Assembly: GCA_008501635.1 (NCBI GenBank)
Contig: QQUJ01000025.1
Location: forward strand, 32,196-96,195
Reading direction: 5' to 3'
From: Pseudomonadota bacterium
GTDB taxonomy: Bacteria > Pseudomonadota > Gammaproteobacteria > QQUJ01
Length of the DNA stretch: 64,000 bases
The position numbers were made by a program, and so were the translations under genes. The notes under the pieces were generated by a model that was not told the origin of the DNA, ran no database searches, and saw only the letters and a program-made list of their open reading frames with translations. This document shows positions 60,332 through 64,000 of this stretch, piece after piece (position 1 is the stretch's first letter; each line of letters begins with the position of its first letter).

Positions 60332-60642
60332 GTCATTCTCCATCCTCTCGAATCTTCTGGAAGTCGCGAGTTGAAGTGCCATTGTCCCACATGCTCGCAG
60401 CCCCCATCTTGCGCCAAACTGACACCAGCACTCTCTCTTAATCAATATCAAAGTTGGCCAGTGAAAACGATCACTTCCCAATTCTATTGCTCTCGACCCC
60501 TCGGCAAATTCGTCACGCACCCTTTGTAGCTCGCTGCGATCCAGTATTGAACCGGTCTCGGGCACCCACAGACAATATCTGAACCCTAGAATCAACTGCT
60601 CCGATTGAGTCTTTACATCTGACATTCAGGGCCGGAAAAAAT

Positions 60643-62157
60643 CTACGTCATCTTCGTGAGTTGGCTCTTCCAAATTTTGCCGGTGGGACCGACGGGCAAT
60701 GCTGCCACTAACACCACTTTATTCGGCCGCTTGTATGGTGAGAGGAGAGGTGTGACGTGTTCGCCAATATCAGCATCGCTCATCTTCCATCCAGGCAAGG
60801 GTTGAACGAAGGCGATGATCTCCTCGTCACTGCCCCTCACCGGACGACCAATAACGGCGCATTGGGCCACGCCTGGATGGCTGGCGATGGCAGTTTCAAC
60901 CTCGCCAGGATAGACATTGAATCCGGACCGAATAATTATCTCCTTCGTCCGTCCGACAATGGCATAGTTACCACACGGAAGCCTAATGGCCAGATCGCCC
61001 GTGACAAACCATCCATCGGGTCGAAAAACGCTAGCAGTGGCTTCGGGGTTACGATAGTACCCCATCATGAGCGATGGTCCTCGGACCCACAGTTCCCCGA
61101 CTTCGCCGTCAGTAACGTCACGGTTCTTAGCAACAATCTTAATTTCAATGCCTCCCTGGGGAATCCCCACGCTTTCCGATGCAGCGTTTGTACCCAGCTC
61201 TGTGCGAAGTATCGGTGTGCATTCGGTCATCGCGAAACCGTTGCAAAGAGGCATACCAAACAACTGTTCGACCCTCGCTTTCAAGCTGGGGTCGAGGGGG
61301 GCTCCACCTGTAATCAGATTGCGTAAACGATGCCCCGTCAGGTTACGGTCTCGCTGCTGCAGATAATCCAAGAGGCGTGTGAACAATGTTGGCACACCCA
61401 TCAACACAGTTATTTCTCCCCGCTTAAGTGCGCCCTCCAAATCTTCTAAATCAAGCCGCGGCACCAGCCGTGTAGTCGCTCCAGCCCACACGCTGGTCAT
61501 GATGTACATTGCCACCCCCATGATGTGGGAGAGTGGTGCCAGACCGTACAACCGGTCCTCCGGACCGATTCTCCGAGCAGTCGACGTACTCGACCCCATG
61601 TTGAGCAAAGCACGGTGACTAAGCATCACACCCTTAGGTTGCCCGGTGGTTCCAGAGGTAAACAGCAGCAACCCCACCTGCCGGTCATTTTCCGGATGGA
61701 CTCGTTCAGGTACCGCCGCCGCGTCTGTGGCTCCGAAGGCTACTTTACCGGTGGGAAGGTCTAGAATCTCGGTATCCGTAGCGGCGGTATGGTTCAACGC
61801 CGCGTGTGAATTTTCAATGATGTAGGCAATCAAGCGGGCCCCAAGGGACTGTTTCATCGCCGAGATCTCACACTCGGAAACTCGTGCGTTGACTATCGCT
61901 GGCCACGCGTCAATACGTTGTGCAGCAAACATCAGCACTACGGTACTGATGCTATTTTCAGCCACAATCATAATCCTATCACCCGGCCGCACCCCACGAT
62001 CGACGAGAGTATCGACCGACGCGGATATGGCTGCCGACAGTTCACTGTAGCTCACTCGATCGCTACCGACTTCCTCAAAGGCCGTCTGTTCGGGTGCCTC
62101 ACGTGCCCAATGCAAAACTGGTTCATACGCGCGCGCAGGCAGGTCTGAAATCGCCAC
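60643..62157 (-). CDS. Acyl-CoA synthetase (candidate hydroxycinnamoyl-CoA ligase)
   Basis: FTSGTTGQPKG, GFAMTE, FVTGD, PVGPTGKIWK; directly downstream of the HCHL gene. Confidence 0.88.
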   Translation of the reverse strand: MAISDLPARAYEPVLHWAREAPEQTAFEEVGSDRVSYSELSAAISASVDTLVDRGVRPGDRIMIVAENSISTVVLMFAAQRIDAWPAIVNARVSECEISAMKQSLGARLIAYIIENSHAALNHTAATDTEILDLPTGKVAFGATDAAAVPERVHPENDRQVGLLLFTSGTTGQPKGVMLSHRALLNMGSSTSTARRIGPEDRLYGLAPLSHIMGVAMYIMTSVWAGATTRLVPRLDLEDLEGALKRGEITVLMGVPTLFTRLLDYLQQRDRNLTGHRLRNLITGGAPLDPSLKARVEQLFGMPLCNGFAMTECTPILRTELGTNAASESVGIPQGGIEIKIVAKNRDVTDGEVGELWVRGPSLMMGYYRNPEATASVFRPDGWFVTGDLAIRLPCGNYAIVGRTKEIIIRSGFNVYPGEVETAIASHPGVAQCAVIGRPVRGSDEEIIAFVQPLPGWKMSDADIGEHVTPLLSPYKRPNKVVLVAALPVGPTGKIWKSQLTKMT

Positions 62158-62172
62158 CGCTGTATCTGCCCG

Positions 62173-63027
62173 TCACGTTTCCCGGCGGTAAGCTTGCAGC
62201 CCAGGCTTATATGATTTCTCGTCGAGGAACTGTCTCATACCCTTTTCACGACCACGCTCCGGATCGAGTGCAATGGTTTGGTCGAGCTTGGCGCGCAGGT
62301 ATTCAGACGATTGCTCCCACGACAGGCTCTTCGACATCTTGATGGCGGTTTTTGTCGCCCGCACCACCATCGGATTTTTCTCCAAGAGACTCTTTGCCAC
62401 CTCGATAGTTCTGTCCTTAAGGCGACCTTTAGGAACAGCCTCGTTAACCAACCGCATATCCACAGCCTTTCGGCCGTCGAAATTCTCACCGGTCATGGCG
62501 TAGTAAAGGGCGTCGCGCTGGCTCATGACCTCGGTCAGTACTTTAGAGACGATTCCCCCGGGGATGATGCCCCAGTTCACCTCAGACAGCCCGAAAACGG
62601 CATCCTCGGCTGCAATAGCGAGATCGCAAGCGACCAGCGGAGTGAATGCACCGCCGAAACACCAGCCGTTGACCATAGCAATGGTCGGCTTCGGATAGTC
62701 TACAAGGCGGCCCCATTGCCAAGCCGCATTAGCGCGATAGACTTGCGCTTTTTCCATCGGGCTCATCTTATCTACGGCACGGAAGTAGTCTTGGAGATCC
62801 ATACCTGCAGACCACGAATCGCCGACGCCGGTCAATACCAATACGCCGCAGGATTCGTCTAGTTCCAACGCATCCAACGTGGCGAGCATCTCGAACGCCA
62901 ACTCAGCACTCATCGCATTGAGTTTCGCCGGACGATTGATCGCTACCCAAGCTATTCCGTCTGCAATGTCAACAACTACGTCCTTACCCCACGGTTTACC
63001 TTCATGTACAGTGTTCGAGTTACTCAT
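62173..63027 (-). CDS. ech: p-hydroxycinnamoyl-CoA hydratase/lyase (HCHL)
   Basis: SAGMDLQDYFR, KPTIAMVNGWCFGG, FGLSEVNWGI, QFLDEKSYKPGLQAY follow recalled Pseudomonas HCHL. Confidence 0.92.
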   Translation of the reverse strand: MSNSNTVHEGKPWGKDVVVDIADGIAWVAINRPAKLNAMSAELAFEMLATLDALELDESCGVLVLTGVGDSWSAGMDLQDYFRAVDKMSPMEKAQVYRANAAWQWGRLVDYPKPTIAMVNGWCFGGAFTPLVACDLAIAAEDAVFGLSEVNWGIIPGGIVSKVLTEVMSQRDALYYAMTGENFDGRKAVDMRLVNEAVPKGRLKDRTIEVAKSLLEKNPMVVRATKTAIKMSKSLSWEQSSEYLRAKLDQTIALDPERGREKGMRQFLDEKSYKPGLQAYRRET

Positions 63028-63070
63028 CAAATGTTCCCCTTACTGAATAGACTTGATTTGACGTAATCCC

Positions 63071-64000
63071 TTACGCTTCGGCGGCAAACAACCCCCCGCC
63101 CGCAGCCAGTCGGGACAGGTGATGATCGGCATCTCCGAATAGAATATCGATCGCTGTGAGACGTTGCACGTAATGTCCGATATCATGCTCAATAGCGAGC
63201 CCAATGCCGCCATGAAGCTGAATCGCCTGCTGGCCGATCAGACGTGCCGAACGACCGATTTGCACTTTGACGGCCGCCAGCGCCTGCCGTCGTTCACGCG
63301 CGTTCGAATAGTCAGCCATCATCGTACCGAACATCGCCATACTGCGACTCTGCTCGAGTGATACCAACATGTCGACAGCACGGTGCTGAAGTACCTGGAA
63401 CTTACCAATAGCAGTGCCGAATTGGACGCGGGTTTTGAGGTACTCGACGGTCCTCTCGTGTGCGGCAGTCATCGCCCCCACTGCTTCAGCAGCTAAGGCC
63501 GCGATGGCATGGTCAAGTACCCGTTCAATGATTGGTAGGGCTTCGTCGGCATTACCAATCACCGACTCTGGTCCTACTCTCACGCCGGTCATCACTACAT
63601 CCGCGGCGCGTCGCCCGTCAATGGTCGCGTAAGCCGTGCGTAGCAATCCATGGGCGGTGTCATCAACCAAAAACAAACCTATCCTGCTTTTGCCTGGGTG
63701 GCCGGTCTCCGTACGAGCTGTAATGATCAAGGCATCAGCACAATCGCCGTGCAACACCATGGTCTTGGCGCCGTCGAGCACCCAGCCGTCTCCGTCATGC
63801 CTGGCCGTGGTCCTGACGTGCGCCGGGTCATGACGTGATGTTGACTCAGTGTGCGCGAATGCGAGTCGCCATTCGCCTGAGACGATGCGCGGTAAAAGTG
63901 CCTTACACTGCTCATCATCGCCGCCCTCGCGTATCAACCCCCCACCTAATACCACTGTTGCCAGATAGGGCTCGAGAGCGAGAGCACGTCCCAACGCCTG
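63071..64000 (-). CDS. Acyl-CoA dehydrogenase (PimD-like), 5' end outside the window
   Basis: LAFAHTE, RVQFGTAIGKFQVLQHR, QLHGGIG; ORF open at the window edge. Confidence 0.9.
   Translation of the reverse strand, partial: QALGRALALEPYLATVVLGGGLIREGGDDEQCKALLPRIVSGEWRLAFAHTESTSRHDPAHVRTTARHDGDGWVLDGAKTMVLHGDCADALIITARTETGHPGKSRIGLFLVDDTAHGLLRTAYATIDGRRAADVVMTGVRVGPESVIGNADEALPIIERVLDHAIAALAAEAVGAMTAAHERTVEYLKTRVQFGTAIGKFQVLQHRAVDMLVSLEQSRSMAMFGTMMADYSNARERRQALAAVKVQIGRSARLIGQQAIQLHGGIGLAIEHDIGHYVQRLTAIDILFGDADHHLSRLAAGGGLFAAEA

Overview
Window from a GC-rich gammaproteobacterial chromosome. The DsrC/TusE-like protein, c-type cytochromes and class I PhaC suggest a sulfur-metabolising host; that is inference. 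Bases ~1-48,900 are mostly core genes: dadA, periplasmic cytochromes, a sigma54 activator divergent from a sigma54 promoter driving mobA-mobB-cytochrome, moeA, mfd-csiV, purine salvage, a Cys-less DsrC/TusE homologue with a Cds1-like cysteine desulfhydrase, a TetR/redoxin unit, lexA-imuA-imuB, DAHP synthase, a laoABC-like alcohol oxidation trio, dnaE2, an HtrA-like protease, ilvA and phaC. From ~49,000 the sequence becomes an accessory region of lower GC. It holds a decayed PAS histidine-kinase gene cut by a 194-bp MITE, an IS3 remnant, a PpcB-like UbiD (de)carboxylase with a TRAP transporter, and a convergent hydroxycinnamate (hca/ech-fcs-like) catabolic operon that runs off the window end. 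Highlights: (1) dnaE2 carries two unrelated families of palindromic REP-like elements inserted in frame; (2) the aromatic island pairs hydroxycinnamate side-chain cleavage with a stand-alone PpcB-like prFMN enzyme and a DmpC-type dehydrogenase; (3) there are small genes of interest: a 52-aa CCGSCT-terminal peptide with its own terminator and a 52-aa membrane peptide, both absent from the ORF track, plus a secreted peptide with a duplicated ALNPQPEVPS motif; (4) the SOS mutagenesis cassette is split, with separate LexA boxes. No CRISPR array, rRNA or tRNA was found. Family names come from motif recognition and recalled sequences, not from database searches.
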